From NCBI GenBank assembly GCA_002774365.1, contig PEYM01000120.1, forward strand, positions 1 through 57,787: 57,787 bases of DNA, read 5' to 3'. The DNA is from Candidatus Saganbacteria bacterium CG08_land_8_20_14_0_20_45_16 (GTDB taxonomy: Bacteria > Margulisbacteria > WOR-1 > O2-12-FULL-45-9). The position numbers and the translations under genes are program-made. The notes under the pieces are model-generated. The model saw nothing but the letters and a program-made list of their open reading frames with translations, was not told the DNA's origin and ran no database searches. Positions 18,468 to 28,421 of the stretch are shown here, in pieces. Numbering within the stretch: position 1 is the first letter of the stretch; each line of letters opens with the position of its first letter.

Positions 18468-18871
18468 CTAATACAAACGTTTTTAATCTCAAGTTTGATA
18501 TCAGCTGGTCCAACAACCATAAACTGAACCTTATATGGGGCTTTAACAATCCCTAAAACTGGAAAAGAAAAATGATGATACGCTTTTGAGTCTAAATCAA
18601 CAGTCAGATAGTCGTTTTCAAACGAGGTAGCCGGCACATCAGGCTTATCTCGGTCAAAGATCTCAATCCTAAGTCTGGTCCATTCAGATTTTTTAATGAT
18701 CTCGCCGCGGACCTCAAGCTCAAGGAGTGACGGCCGTTTGATCTCTTCTTGAATGATCAAGTTACAGCCTAAATCAGTGCCTGAACCTTTAAGCGAATAA
18801 ACCCCTGATTTTTCATCAACCTCTTCCCCAGCCTTACCAAACCCAGCAAAGATCGGCCTTACTGTAATCAT
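18464..18871 (-). CDS. Hypothetical protein (135 aa)
   Basis: ORF overlapping the GH26 lipoprotein start by 4 nt (ATGA). Beta-rich with no motif recognised. Confidence 0.5.
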   Translation of the reverse strand: MITVRPIFAGFGKAGEEVDEKSGVYSLKGSGTDLGCNLIIQEEIKRPSLLELEVRGEIIKKSEWTRLRIEIFDRDKPDVPATSFENDYLTVDLDSKAYHHFSFPVLGIVKAPYKVQFMVVGPADIKLEIKNVCIR

Positions 18872-18898
18872 GGGAATATTTTAGCACATTGGGGAGGG

Positions 18899-19140
18899 AA
18901 AGACTAGCGAAACAAGAATTCTTTTTTCGTGTTATCTTGATAAAGAGAGCGACATTGATCTAGCGATAATCTCTCCTGATTTTTCAGGCAACCGTTATTT
19001 AGACAGCCTTAAGATAATTCCTTTTCGCAGAAAAATAGACAATCGCATTGAACCAGTACCTTTTAAGTCCGGTGATTTTGACGATGCTGACCCTCTTGGT
19101 TGCAGAGATAAAAGAAACCGGCCTTGAAGTAAACAGATAG
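18899..19140 (+). pseudogene. Decayed minimal nucleotidyltransferase (MNT-type) gene remnant
   Basis: My translation gives ..RILFSCYLDKESDIDLAIISPDF..RIEPVPFKSGDFDDADP, then a frameshift near 19100 to LVAEIKETGLEVNR*. There is no start codon and the N-terminal ~20 aa are missing. (S)DIDL is the NTase signature. Confidence 0.55.
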
Positions 19141-19351
19141 TTTCAGGCTTACCGCAACGATCTAGGGCCACAACCCTCATCCCAAAACAATCTCAATGGC
19201 ACCGACCCCCTTTCACAATTTCCCAAAAAGATCAAGTGAAATTTTTTTTAACAGTTCACGAAAAAAAGCCAAAGGGGCAAACCCTACCCTTTCTTACCAA
19301 CGACAAATGAGAAGATGGTAAGCTGGGGGCCAGAAAGGCAAAATAAATAAA

Positions 19352-19380
19352 GTGAAATTTTGCCAGGAAGTTAACGATAT
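19352..19380 (+). promoter_or_regulatory. Sigma-28-like promoter motif, copy 2 (upstream of gene A)
   Basis: GTGAAA 19352-19357, 15 nt, AACGATAT 19373-19380, followed by ATAT. 24 nt upstream of ATG 19405. Confidence 0.6.
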
Positions 19381-19404
19381 ATATGTAGAAAGGAGCTAAA
19401 ACTT

Positions 19405-22400
19405 ATGGAACTCTATACTCCAATTTATTTAAGGACTGCTGACCGAAGGAATTTGGGGCCAGGGCTGACACCTCGAACAGGACTGCATTGGGCACACAAT
19501 GTCTGGCGCAGGGCTTGGGCTGGCTATCATGCCAAGCAAATTGCTAAACTAACACTAGCTAATGTTGTTAATCTCCACGATCTAGCTGGTGATCCTAATT
19601 TAGCCGGCCACGTTGACCCCTTAATCAAATCAGGCATCACTCAATTAGTCATAAAAAGGTCGTTATTCTTTTCCAGAAAAGATTTTGGTTCCACCGTTGA
19701 TGAGCAAGATCAAAAGATAAGAGATCTTTGGCAAACTGTAAGAACTATATTAACTCCAAGTGCCCAGACATCAATAGACAATATCCCCACCATCCTTGAT
19801 AATTTAAACCAATTGCTTTGCGATCCTAGTCTTTATTACAAAAATACTACCATCAGCAACCAATTCAACGGCCCAGAAACCTTAAAAATTGAGCGAGAAA
19901 TCAAAGCTCAAAAACAGGCTAAAGACCGGCGTTTTGCTAATCTATCAAGACGAACACAAACACGAATCATTTTACTAAACCGCAAGATTATATATAGTTT
20001 AGATCAGACAAATTCCCCAAAACCATCAGAAGCATCAAAATATGCAAAACATATTAAACCTTTTGTCGCTAAAGTCATTCAAGGGGCTTGGCATGACTTA
20101 GAAAGAGAAGAAAGCCTAGCACAAACCCCTCGATGCGCCTTAGTCGTGTTGACACCACTAAGACATGAGCTGGGAGAAATGAAATACGTTGAAAGTAATT
20201 CTCCTTTATTTTCTGAAATGGAATTCTTGTCCAAAGAAGCAACAGCAATAAATCCTCTTTTCCAACTTTGTGAAGCAGTGAACAGAGCTCAATATACTGC
20301 TCCAACACCTCCTCAAGTTGCGGCGTCTCAACCTCCGGCTCAAGCTGCGGCTCTTCCTATTGAGATCAATACAGATACAACACCACATGCCATAGCTGAC
20401 CTTAACCAAAAAATAATTTGTAACCCTGATTTTATCAACGCTTGGGAAGCACAGCACCCCACCATTGAAATCCCTAGGAAATCAAGGCTAGGCCGTTTAA
20501 TAAGAAAAACAAGAGCCTATTCTAATGAAAATTTTGCTGACCTTACTGCCAAACAACGAGAAAGGATCAGACTAAGAAACCGCCTGCTGCTCGAAGAAGC
20601 TCATCGTGAATGCCCACAAACCAGGCCAAAACAGCTCCCGCTAGATTACTTGCTTGATGCCGGCCAAACCAAATTAATCAACCTGCCACTAATGGGTCGA
20701 GACACTTACAGTCTGGATCCATTGCTCCATGAAGCTCGACTGCCAAACCGCACCAGGCCATCGTACGGAGAACTATCAGCAATTTTCGCGGCCCTGCCCA
20801 GAAGGAAACACGCAGGAGACACCTGGGAAGTTTTGAAAAAACTTTTCCCTAACATTATTATTAAAGATGAAACCCCTGCTTCTTATTATTTAAGCATGTC
20901 TGCGGTCCTTAAGGGCTTAATTAAGATTGGCAAGCGTTATGTCTATGAGCTGGTGTTCAAAAATTGTCGTAATATTTTAGCCAGAATTGCCGCGAATGTT
21001 AGGGACAATTTTTGCGTTATCAGCTTAAGAGCCAACAGTATTCTAGAACTTGGCGATGAGATCACAGTTGGCAACAAAACATTAGAAGAACACACCTCAA
21101 CTGTCAGCGCCAAGAGCAATCAATTGTTGATCGTTTCCCAACCTATTAAAGATAAGGAAATGTACACTGGCCCAATTGTGCTGGAAAATATGCTGACCGG
21201 TCAAGTCAAATACGTTATTGCCGCTGATAATCACTCAAAACAAATGGAGTCACTCCTAATTAAAATGGGGGCTAAAGCAGCCAAATCAGCTACTGCCGCT
21301 GAAATCCTGGCTATTCTAAGCGAAGTCAAGGCAGCAGAATTAACAGATTTTGAGCGGGATGAAATCAAAGCAATGCGCAAAATTCTTGAGCAGCCAGACG
21401 TTGAGTCAACAAAATGGGTAATTCGCAAACATATTGATTCATTATATATAGCTGAAACTCAATGGTTAGACCGCTTACAAACAAATTTAGAAAGGATTAT
21501 AAACGACTTTCTGCGTCACACCGCTGGCCGCAGCGAACCCACCATGCTGGCGCGGGAAGGCAATCTCTTTAGTCTAATTAAAATGGTCATTCTGCCTATG
21601 ACCACCTCTGATTGCGGTGAATCAACTGATCCAGCACGAATTGTAGGAGATTATGCTACTGGCTTTGTTAAAAAAATTGCCACGGAATTTGATGTGTCTG
21701 AACAAATTGCGGCTGGGTTTTTGGCCCGTGTTTACCACGATGTGAGAGAAGAGGTTTTTAAGGCCGGTGGCCAAACTGGTAAAATTTTCTCAGCCAACCT
21801 AGGTGATGGCAGTAAAATCCACACACTTGAAGATAATCAGGGTAAAACTCTAGTAACTGAAGAAGACCAAGCCCTTGGTTTCGTTGAGAAAGCGCTTGAT
21901 TTTAGCTTAAGAAAAGCTGATAGCTATCGCTATTGGGGCAGGTTGCTTGATTTTCCACGCTGGGGCGAATATTCAAGGGTTACAACTGGGATAATTTCTG
22001 GTGCTTTCTACGGCAGTCTCGCCTCTGGCGGACTAGCTGGTTTATCATATGCTCTGCCCGGCAGCTTTGGTTGGCTTACGGTTGCTCTTACTGTTGGAGC
22101 TGCTAGCTTGGCAGCAGTTTTAACAACCCATCAACTACCAAAACCACAACCAACAGTGAGTAACAGTTATATTGGTTCCAGAAGAATGCACCTTAGAAAT
22201 TGGCGTAAGATTTTTAGCTGGCAGACTTTAAGACAATACTTTTTTTATGGCTTACTGCCTGATCACGCGGTTGAAGATGCCCCCTTAGGCGACAACTTAC
22301 ATTTTTGGGGCAAACACGCAATATTTGGGACCCAATTAACCGCGCCAGAGGGCCGAGTTGATTATCACAGCACTTTTGTTGCCAGCGGTTCCAGGGCTCA

Positions 22401-22788
22401 ACTTGGCAAAGGCATGAACAGTGGCTTATCTCCCACAATGCTGCACCGCTACGGCACTTTTGACGACAGCGCCAGAGGCGCCCAAAAAGTAATACAGCAG
22501 CCAGGACAATTGCACACGGTTGTAACTGAAAATGTCAGTCGGAGTAGGACCCAAAAATATAATGATCGACGCCCACATTCAAGCCCATTAAGGGCTGGGG
22601 TTAAAGGCGACAGGGTTGGTAAGGTCGGCAAAGAAAGACAGGAGAAAGCCCAAGCCAGCCTGCGAAAACTAACCTTGCTAGGAGCAAGCAAACATCACAC
22701 TGATGTAGCTCAAGCAGTTGACCGCGAGCTTGGTAAACAAATAAGTGACGATCCCTGGTTGCGGAGAGTTTTTAAGGAGGTAGACTAA
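19405..22788 (+). CDS. Giant-cluster protein A (1127 aa), ORFan with a C-proximal TM hairpin
   Basis: AAGGAG at 19390-19395. Two copies of the FA[DN]L[ST]..Q...I.L.NR module (19933-20000, 20533-20628). Hydrophobic pair GIISGAFYGSLASGGLAGLSYALPGSFGWLTVALTVGAASLAAVLTT (~21980-22130). No catalytic motif seen. Confidence 0.8.
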   Translation: MELYTPIYLRTADRRNLGPGLTPRTGLHWAHNVWRRAWAGYHAKQIAKLTLANVVNLHDLAGDPNLAGHVDPLIKSGITQLVIKRSLFFSRKDFGSTVDEQDQKIRDLWQTVRTILTPSAQTSIDNIPTILDNLNQLLCDPSLYYKNTTISNQFNGPETLKIEREIKAQKQAKDRRFANLSRRTQTRIILLNRKIIYSLDQTNSPKPSEASKYAKHIKPFVAKVIQGAWHDLEREESLAQTPRCALVVLTPLRHELGEMKYVESNSPLFSEMEFLSKEATAINPLFQLCEAVNRAQYTAPTPPQVAASQPPAQAAALPIEINTDTTPHAIADLNQKIICNPDFINAWEAQHPTIEIPRKSRLGRLIRKTRAYSNENFADLTAKQRERIRLRNRLLLEEAHRECPQTRPKQLPLDYLLDAGQTKLINLPLMGRDTYSLDPLLHEARLPNRTRPSYGELSAIFAALPRRKHAGDTWEVLKKLFPNIIIKDETPASYYLSMSAVLKGLIKIGKRYVYELVFKNCRNILARIAANVRDNFCVISLRANSILELGDEITVGNKTLEEHTSTVSAKSNQLLIVSQPIKDKEMYTGPIVLENMLTGQVKYVIAADNHSKQMESLLIKMGAKAAKSATAAEILAILSEVKAAELTDFERDEIKAMRKILEQPDVESTKWVIRKHIDSLYIAETQWLDRLQTNLERIINDFLRHTAGRSEPTMLAREGNLFSLIKMVILPMTTSDCGESTDPARIVGDYATGFVKKIATEFDVSEQIAAGFLARVYHDVREEVFKAGGQTGKIFSANLGDGSKIHTLEDNQGKTLVTEEDQALGFVEKALDFSLRKADSYRYWGRLLDFPRWGEYSRVTTGIISGAFYGSLASGGLAGLSYALPGSFGWLTVALTVGAASLAAVLTTHQLPKPQPTVSNSYIGSRRMHLRNWRKIFSWQTLRQYFFYGLLPDHAVEDAPLGDNLHFWGKHAIFGTQLTAPEGRVDYHSTFVASGSRAQLGKGMNSGLSPTMLHRYGTFDDSARGAQKVIQQPGQLHTVVTENVSRSRTQKYNDRRPHSSPLRAGVKGDRVGKVGKERQEKAQASLRKLTLLGASKHHTDVAQAVDRELGKQISDDPWLRRVFKEVD

Positions 22789-22789
22789 G

Positions 22790-25700
22790 ATGCCTATTAG
22801 AGTATGCCTTGGGCCTCAAGGGGGCCTAATCCCCAATCAAAAAAGAATTCTTGATCTCCTTAAACAGCACAAAGAACAGCTTCGCAGTTTGCCTTTGGGC
22901 AAAACAGTTGAAGTGGCAGTCCCAAAGATGGAGCTCAGGTATAACAGAATAACCATTGGTAATGCAACTCAAGACGCTCTAGTGGATAATGTTGACCATG
23001 AACTAAGAAAATTAGGGATTATCTCCATCACCCGTACCCGTAATAAGACAGGCGCACTTGATGACAAAATTATTTTTGACAATGGAGCCTTATCTACTGT
23101 AAACAAAATCGTTGCTTATGCCACGGAACTAGCTACGGCAGGCGATACCCACAAATTACAGCTTCTGCTTCATCTAATTTACACCACTGCCAGTTCTGGC
23201 CCCAGTACTGATTTCCAAGAAGCGACTAATAAAACTTTCCAAGCTATCAATAAAGCACTTGAGCAATTAATCGTCGCTACTGGCTATTCCGGGTCTCTGG
23301 GACTCATGGCCACAGGCAATTTTGGCGCATTTGTCCTGATGCCTATCCTCTGCCATATCATGGACGCGACCGCGTCTGTTCTTGGCGGTGGTTTTGGCAC
23401 CCGTCAAATGGGACATGAGCAGTACAAGGGCAACATTTGGCTGGGCTTATTTCGGCTCAATGTCTGTATGGCTTTGACCACAATTCTATATGATAGTTTT
23501 CTGCCAAGAGTGCCCAAGGGACGAGAACATAAGTGGACCTTTGCCAATGATAACCCGGTTATTTCATGCGGTGAATTAACAGAGGGCGGCCGCATGCTTA
23601 GCGAAGTTGGTTCAGTGGTAAAAGATGATCTTCGAGAGATTGTATGGGCTAATAATATAGACCAAGTTTGGACAAAGCTTATTGCTCTTGGGTTAATTGA
23701 AGAATTTATTGATGAAAAAACAGGTTTAACCCGCGGTCTGGTAACTAATGAGTTTAAAAGTGAATTGGATTTTTCGCACAAAGATGTTTATAAGAATGAG
23801 TTCAAAAGATTGGTGAGCCTCCCAACAACTCAACAACCACCAGCACCAGCAACGCCCATTCCCCCTCTTACTTTAAGCAACGACATCATTGACAATCTCT
23901 ATGTAGCCATCAAAGATGTTGGCAAGGTTAAAGGCATGTATTTTGTAGGCTCTCCGCATGATCCCAACCAGTTCCCTGTCATAAAAGTAGACGCGAGAGG
24001 TATCCCAATTGATGGCACAGAGCGCCTAGGCATGGCCTATGTTCTTATCGAAGCCATGGGAGAAGTGGTTGCTTCCACAGAAAAGATTGGCGGCCATCTC
24101 ACTGAACAAGTAGGTAAAGCAATTTTAGCTGCCCGCGGATTAAGAACTGCTAATGGCCGCAGGCTAATCAATTGGTATGCAGGAGCCCTAGACAAAGAGA
24201 TGGCCTTTGCGCTTCATGAAGCCTTAAGCACTCATATGTCTGGTTTGACCGTTGACCAAGCAGGCGATGGTGATACATATTCTAATCTTTTTGCCGCAGC
24301 AACTTTTGACACCCCAGAACAATTTGCCCAAGCCATCAGTAACCAGGGCCTGGCCAAAGAATTACTTGAGGATATAGCTGACAATGTTCTCTTCCCAGCC
24401 CTGCAAAAAGCAATGTACCGCACTGTATCCTTAACTGTTAATGGAGTAACTTACGAACGAAAAGTACCCAAATTTGCTTTTGCTGAATTAAATTATGGCG
24501 GCATGGCCATTGATGTCGGCACACTTGAAGCACTTTTTTCTGTATTTAACGACATGGTCAGATCATATCAAGCCACCCATGATGGTGAAACAAGAACAAA
24601 AATACTGCAAAGCATCCAAGAATTAGAAAGAATGGGTATTAAAGCAAATTTGGCCCAAGCCCATCAATTAGAAGCTGAAGCAGCTAACGCAGAAAGGGTT
24701 AGACAAGCCTTAACCCAAGGACTAGGAGGCATGGACCCAACCCTACCGCTTGAGCAATGTGAATTTCCACCAGTTTATTCGTATGAGATGGCACCTAGGA
24801 TCGCAGTCAGAGAAGACCCTCTGCCAAGCAGTATAAGGGAACGACGCTTTTCTTCTCTGACACTTGAAAACCTGCAAGGATTAATTGCCTGCGACGCCAC
24901 AGATAATCAAGAGCTTTGGGAGTGTCGCCAGATCAAGCAATCAGATGGTACATATGAAAGGGCATATACTCGTCATGACCCGCAAAAAGACATTTCTGCA
25001 ACCCCTGGAGAGTTACTTTACATCTATGACAGAGACAGAATAGTTTCAACCAAAGCTTTCCGTTGTCGTTTTTTGCCCAAAGCCAGACTAACCCCTGGGA
25101 CAGTAGGTCTTTATTCCCAAATTGGCAACGGCACTAATACCGTATCCTTGCCAGCAAACGGGGTTGTGATAGAAAGCAATATCACGGCATCAATAAGCCA
25201 TCAAGCCGCGGCCCAAGAACAAGAGGAAACCACTTATAATGCCTTAAGGCAAATCGCCCTCAAAGCGGAAAAAGGCGAATTATCTGAAAGTGAGAGGACA
25301 TATAAAGTCAATTTGCCCAACGGCTGGACAGCCCAATTCAAACGGATTTCCACCCAAGACGCGTTGGATTTTGCAGAACATTTCCACCAGGCAGCTGACC
25401 AACTCTTAGGTCAATATTATAGCCAAGTCAAAACACATTACGCAAAATCAGAATTTTCTGATAATAATCTAACAACTTTTTACGAGGAAGTTACAAAGTT
25501 TTTAAATGTCAACCCACCAACAGCAGACGAAAACACTCAAATTAAATGGCTAAACCAACAACTACAAGAGTATCAACTCCTGCCAACGTGCCAGAGCCAG
25601 GCAATAACCTTGACCCCTGAAATTTATCAACTCATTCAAGCTACCAATGCTTATTACGGACAAAATATTGACTTTGCGACTTTATCTGATGTCCAACAAC

Positions 25701-26902
25701 GTCATATTGAATTACTGAACAGGTTACTGCTTGAGCAAGCCATCAAGACAGGCCCAGCTGTTAAAGCAAAAGTTTCTGTGGCTAACGAACTCAAAGGCGT
25801 TGATCATATCCTCAATAGCTTAAGGCGGCGGGCTGGGCTTGAAGCGCGTGGACTCCTGATACCAATTAACACTAATAAGGGAATCAACAGGGTAGCAGGC
25901 AATTTGGGCGGGGTCAATTTTGGCGACGGCAGCAGCACCCATCTTTTTGAATTGTCCTTTGCCCACCAAGGCAGTGATGCCTACATTGTTTCTAACGCGG
26001 AAATTGACACTCCACAAGTAATTACTGAACCAACTCTTTTTACCCAACGCATGCCAGCCAATGGTTCTGTCCAGACATACCAGGCAGGCTTTGGGGATGA
26101 CCCAGGGAAAGACAAAAAGCCTGTCCTGGGCAAAAGAACTATTAAGGACCTGACCAGCAGCGGCGAGCTGGCTTGTGAACGCCTCTTTGTCTGGCGGACC
26201 AATCAAGAACTTGCCACCAAAGAGATGCTTAATAAATTAACGCAAGCAGTCATTCTTCAACTTAAGCTTTTGCCTTTTATCAAGGACATGAGCGTTGAGG
26301 CGGCAAAAAATGCTTTTGAAAAGCTTGATGTTAACGATACTGCCATTAAGGATGCAATAAAAAATGCCCTAGAAAAAAATCAAGCCGCCATAACCGCAAA
26401 TGTAGAAGGCGCGCTGGTCCAAGAAATCGTCGAACAAACCCCCCATATCTTGGGCCAGTATATTCACTATGCTTTAGCTGCAATTGGCGTTAACAAAACT
26501 GTCCAGGAAATCGAAAATATTTTAGCAGCTATGAAACCAACGTCACAGGAGGATGAAAAATCTGTCTCGGAATTTGTTAATCAAATCATTCCTAAAACTG
26601 ACACCTCTTCAGAGGCAAGCCAAGCCAGGGGTTTAATTAGAAAAATCGTTCATAATTATCCTGTGGCTGAGATGTTCTTTGCCGACGCCAAGTCCGGCAC
26701 CTTCTCCATTACTGATGTTTTTGAAAAACTGGTCAAGTTCCATAGGATCCAACCAATCTCGCTCATGCCAAAACTTGACGACAGCAAGCTAATAAGTCAT
26801 CCGTCACCCACAAATCAGCGCGCTCAAATAGTCGATGATACAAAAGAATTCGCTCTCAACGATCTAGACACTATGACATTAATTTCACAACCAACAGCTT
26901 AA
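22790..26902 (+). CDS. Giant-cluster protein B (1370 aa), ORFan with N-proximal hydrophobic segments
   Basis: ATG one nt after the stop of A (TAAgATG), with AAGGAGG at 22774-22780. Hydrophobic segments at ~23283-23505. FATLSDVQQRHIELLNRLLLEQ module at 25673-25756. Confidence 0.8.
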   Translation: MPIRVCLGPQGGLIPNQKRILDLLKQHKEQLRSLPLGKTVEVAVPKMELRYNRITIGNATQDALVDNVDHELRKLGIISITRTRNKTGALDDKIIFDNGALSTVNKIVAYATELATAGDTHKLQLLLHLIYTTASSGPSTDFQEATNKTFQAINKALEQLIVATGYSGSLGLMATGNFGAFVLMPILCHIMDATASVLGGGFGTRQMGHEQYKGNIWLGLFRLNVCMALTTILYDSFLPRVPKGREHKWTFANDNPVISCGELTEGGRMLSEVGSVVKDDLREIVWANNIDQVWTKLIALGLIEEFIDEKTGLTRGLVTNEFKSELDFSHKDVYKNEFKRLVSLPTTQQPPAPATPIPPLTLSNDIIDNLYVAIKDVGKVKGMYFVGSPHDPNQFPVIKVDARGIPIDGTERLGMAYVLIEAMGEVVASTEKIGGHLTEQVGKAILAARGLRTANGRRLINWYAGALDKEMAFALHEALSTHMSGLTVDQAGDGDTYSNLFAAATFDTPEQFAQAISNQGLAKELLEDIADNVLFPALQKAMYRTVSLTVNGVTYERKVPKFAFAELNYGGMAIDVGTLEALFSVFNDMVRSYQATHDGETRTKILQSIQELERMGIKANLAQAHQLEAEAANAERVRQALTQGLGGMDPTLPLEQCEFPPVYSYEMAPRIAVREDPLPSSIRERRFSSLTLENLQGLIACDATDNQELWECRQIKQSDGTYERAYTRHDPQKDISATPGELLYIYDRDRIVSTKAFRCRFLPKARLTPGTVGLYSQIGNGTNTVSLPANGVVIESNITASISHQAAAQEQEETTYNALRQIALKAEKGELSESERTYKVNLPNGWTAQFKRISTQDALDFAEHFHQAADQLLGQYYSQVKTHYAKSEFSDNNLTTFYEEVTKFLNVNPPTADENTQIKWLNQQLQEYQLLPTCQSQAITLTPEIYQLIQATNAYYGQNIDFATLSDVQQRHIELLNRLLLEQAIKTGPAVKAKVSVANELKGVDHILNSLRRRAGLEARGLLIPINTNKGINRVAGNLGGVNFGDGSSTHLFELSFAHQGSDAYIVSNAEIDTPQVITEPTLFTQRMPANGSVQTYQAGFGDDPGKDKKPVLGKRTIKDLTSSGELACERLFVWRTNQELATKEMLNKLTQAVILQLKLLPFIKDMSVEAAKNAFEKLDVNDTAIKDAIKNALEKNQAAITANVEGALVQEIVEQTPHILGQYIHYALAAIGVNKTVQEIENILAAMKPTSQEDEKSVSEFVNQIIPKTDTSSEASQARGLIRKIVHNYPVAEMFFADAKSGTFSITDVFEKLVKFHRIQPISLMPKLDDSKLISHPSPTNQRAQIVDDTKEFALNDLDTMTLISQPTA

Positions 26903-26921
26903 CTGTTATACTTATGGAGCA

Positions 26922-27221
26922 ATGATAAAAGTCTACACAAAAGGCGAGCCAGATGAGCAGATCAAACAATACGCTGGCGCAATTTTTGCCCTGGAAAAGA
27001 AAAAACGAGCTTATAACTTACCACTACCCGGACATCCCCAACAAGATCTTTTTGAGAAACTTTTTAAACTGGGGGTTGTCCAGATTATTCACGACGGAAA
27101 ATCCGACAAAATCCACTGCCTGAACGGGTATACCCAATCGATCAATGTTATGTTAGGACGGAAAACTAATTTTGGCCGGGAAATTATTATAGAAAACGAA
27201 TTCCCTGAAAAGCTCCCCTAA
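26922..27221 (+). CDS. Small hypothetical protein (99 aa), last gene of the A-B unit
   Basis: GGAG 5 nt upstream of the ATG, 19 nt after the stop of B. No motif recognised. Confidence 0.5.
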   Translation: MIKVYTKGEPDEQIKQYAGAIFALEKKKRAYNLPLPGHPQQDLFEKLFKLGVVQIIHDGKSDKIHCLNGYTQSINVMLGRKTNFGREIIIENEFPEKLP

Positions 27222-27229
27222 CAATAGTC

Positions 27230-27264
27230 CATAGTCACCCAAAAAACCTCGCGCATTTTAGTCT
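27230..27264 (+). repeat. Direct repeat, left copy, flanking the AAA+ ATPase gene
   Basis: CATAGTCACCCAAAAAACCTCGCGCATTTTAGTCT versus 28473-28508 CATAGTCCCCCAAAAAACCAGGGCGCATTTTAGTCT. It is preceded by the heptamer pair ATAGTCC ATAGTCA (27224-27237). Confidence 0.7.
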
Positions 27265-27283
27265 GACGATGCTAATTCGAAAT

Positions 27284-28411
27284 CTATCCCGCTAAATCAG
27301 CTAACCATTCGCCAGCCGGGACAATATTGATCTTACCCACAGTTTTTACTCGAGTCGCAGTTTGAACAAGCTGGATCGATTGCCGGGGGTTTAGTTTTTG
27401 CTGGAAATAAGCCAGGCTAGAAGCTAGGTTTGTATCTGAAACTTTTACCTCGATCAAGTGTTCAAGCCTATGGTCAATTTCAATCAAAAAATCAACCTCC
27501 CGCTTTTCTTTATCCCTGACATAGTGCAAGGCGACATCCTTGCCTTCGGTATCTTCTAAAAAGTGCAGCCACTTGCGCAAACTGACAGCGACCAAATTCT
27601 CCAGCCTGGCACCGCTATCGCCATTGACAGCACCGGTATCATAAAAGTAGACTTTGGGTTCTTTCAGTATCGCCCTAGCTAAATTACGGTGATAAGGGGT
27701 AATAATAAAGATAACATAAAGGTGCTCAAGTACTTGGATCCAATGCTTAACGGTTTGGGGTGAAACACGCAGATCCTCGGCTAACGAGGCGTAAGAGATT
27801 CGCGACCCTACTCGTTCGCGCAACAAATCAACCAAGAGCAAAAGAGAAGAGATATCCTTAATTGGCTCCAAGTCTTGAATATCTTCACGAATAATTCTCT
27901 CTAGATGTTGTTTGCGCCAGCGCTTGGCCTCTGTTTCTGATTGACTAAAGAACGGCTCTGGGAACCCGCCTAAAAGCATCAGTCGCGCTAGGCTCTTAGC
28001 TGGCGGCATTTCTGATCTCAATTCTCTTATTGAAAGTGGATACAGGCGATGCAAAAAGTAACGTCCAGCTAGCGAGTCACCACCGCGACGATACAGATCA
28101 AGCCGCGCGCTACCAGTAATTAAAAGCCTGGGGAAAACCCCTTCTGTATCATAAATTCCCTTAAGCCGCGACTTCCAGTTCTTAAACTTATGAAATTCAT
28201 CTAAAATTACTAGTTCAGCCTGACGATTCCATTCCTGTCTAAGCATAATTTTGCGGTCACGATCAGCGTCCCAATTTAGATATTCTACTTTTGGCCAGAG
28301 ACTCTTTAATGCCCTGGCCAAAGTGGTTTTACCGACCTGGCGAGGACCAGCCAGAAGGACCATCTTCTTCTCCAAGTCTTTGGCAATAACCTCTTTTTGT
28401 AAGCGCTCCAT
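27284..28411 (-). CDS. AAA+ superfamily ATPase (COG1373-type, DUF4143-like C-terminus)
   Basis: 375 aa. Walker A LLAGPRQVGKTTLARAL, Walker B LVILDEFHKF, and a C-terminal REVDFLIE restriction-endonuclease-like segment typical of this family. It is the only minus-strand gene inside the plus-strand block. Confidence 0.8.
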   Translation of the reverse strand: MERLQKEVIAKDLEKKMVLLAGPRQVGKTTLARALKSLWPKVEYLNWDADRDRKIMLRQEWNRQAELVILDEFHKFKNWKSRLKGIYDTEGVFPRLLITGSARLDLYRRGGDSLAGRYFLHRLYPLSIRELRSEMPPAKSLARLMLLGGFPEPFFSQSETEAKRWRKQHLERIIREDIQDLEPIKDISSLLLLVDLLRERVGSRISYASLAEDLRVSPQTVKHWIQVLEHLYVIFIITPYHRNLARAILKEPKVYFYDTGAVNGDSGARLENLVAVSLRKWLHFLEDTEGKDVALHYVRDKEKREVDFLIEIDHRLEHLIEVKVSDTNLASSLAYFQQKLNPRQSIQLVQTATRVKTVGKINIVPAGEWLADLAG

Positions 28412-28421
28412 ATTAATGACT

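Noticed and set aside
18995-19180. A 61-aa minus-strand ORF in the gap before gene A.
   Set aside because: It lies antisense to the nucleotidyltransferase remnant and has no supporting signals.
19405-19530. Weak resemblance of the A N-terminus (GPGLTPRTGLHWAHNVWRRAW) to the I/J N-domain (PGLASGIDPTRIKRVSVTEVRAWRM).
   Set aside because: Only a few spaced residues match (PGL, P.R, V.RAW). That is not enough to claim a shared N-terminal signal without a profile search.
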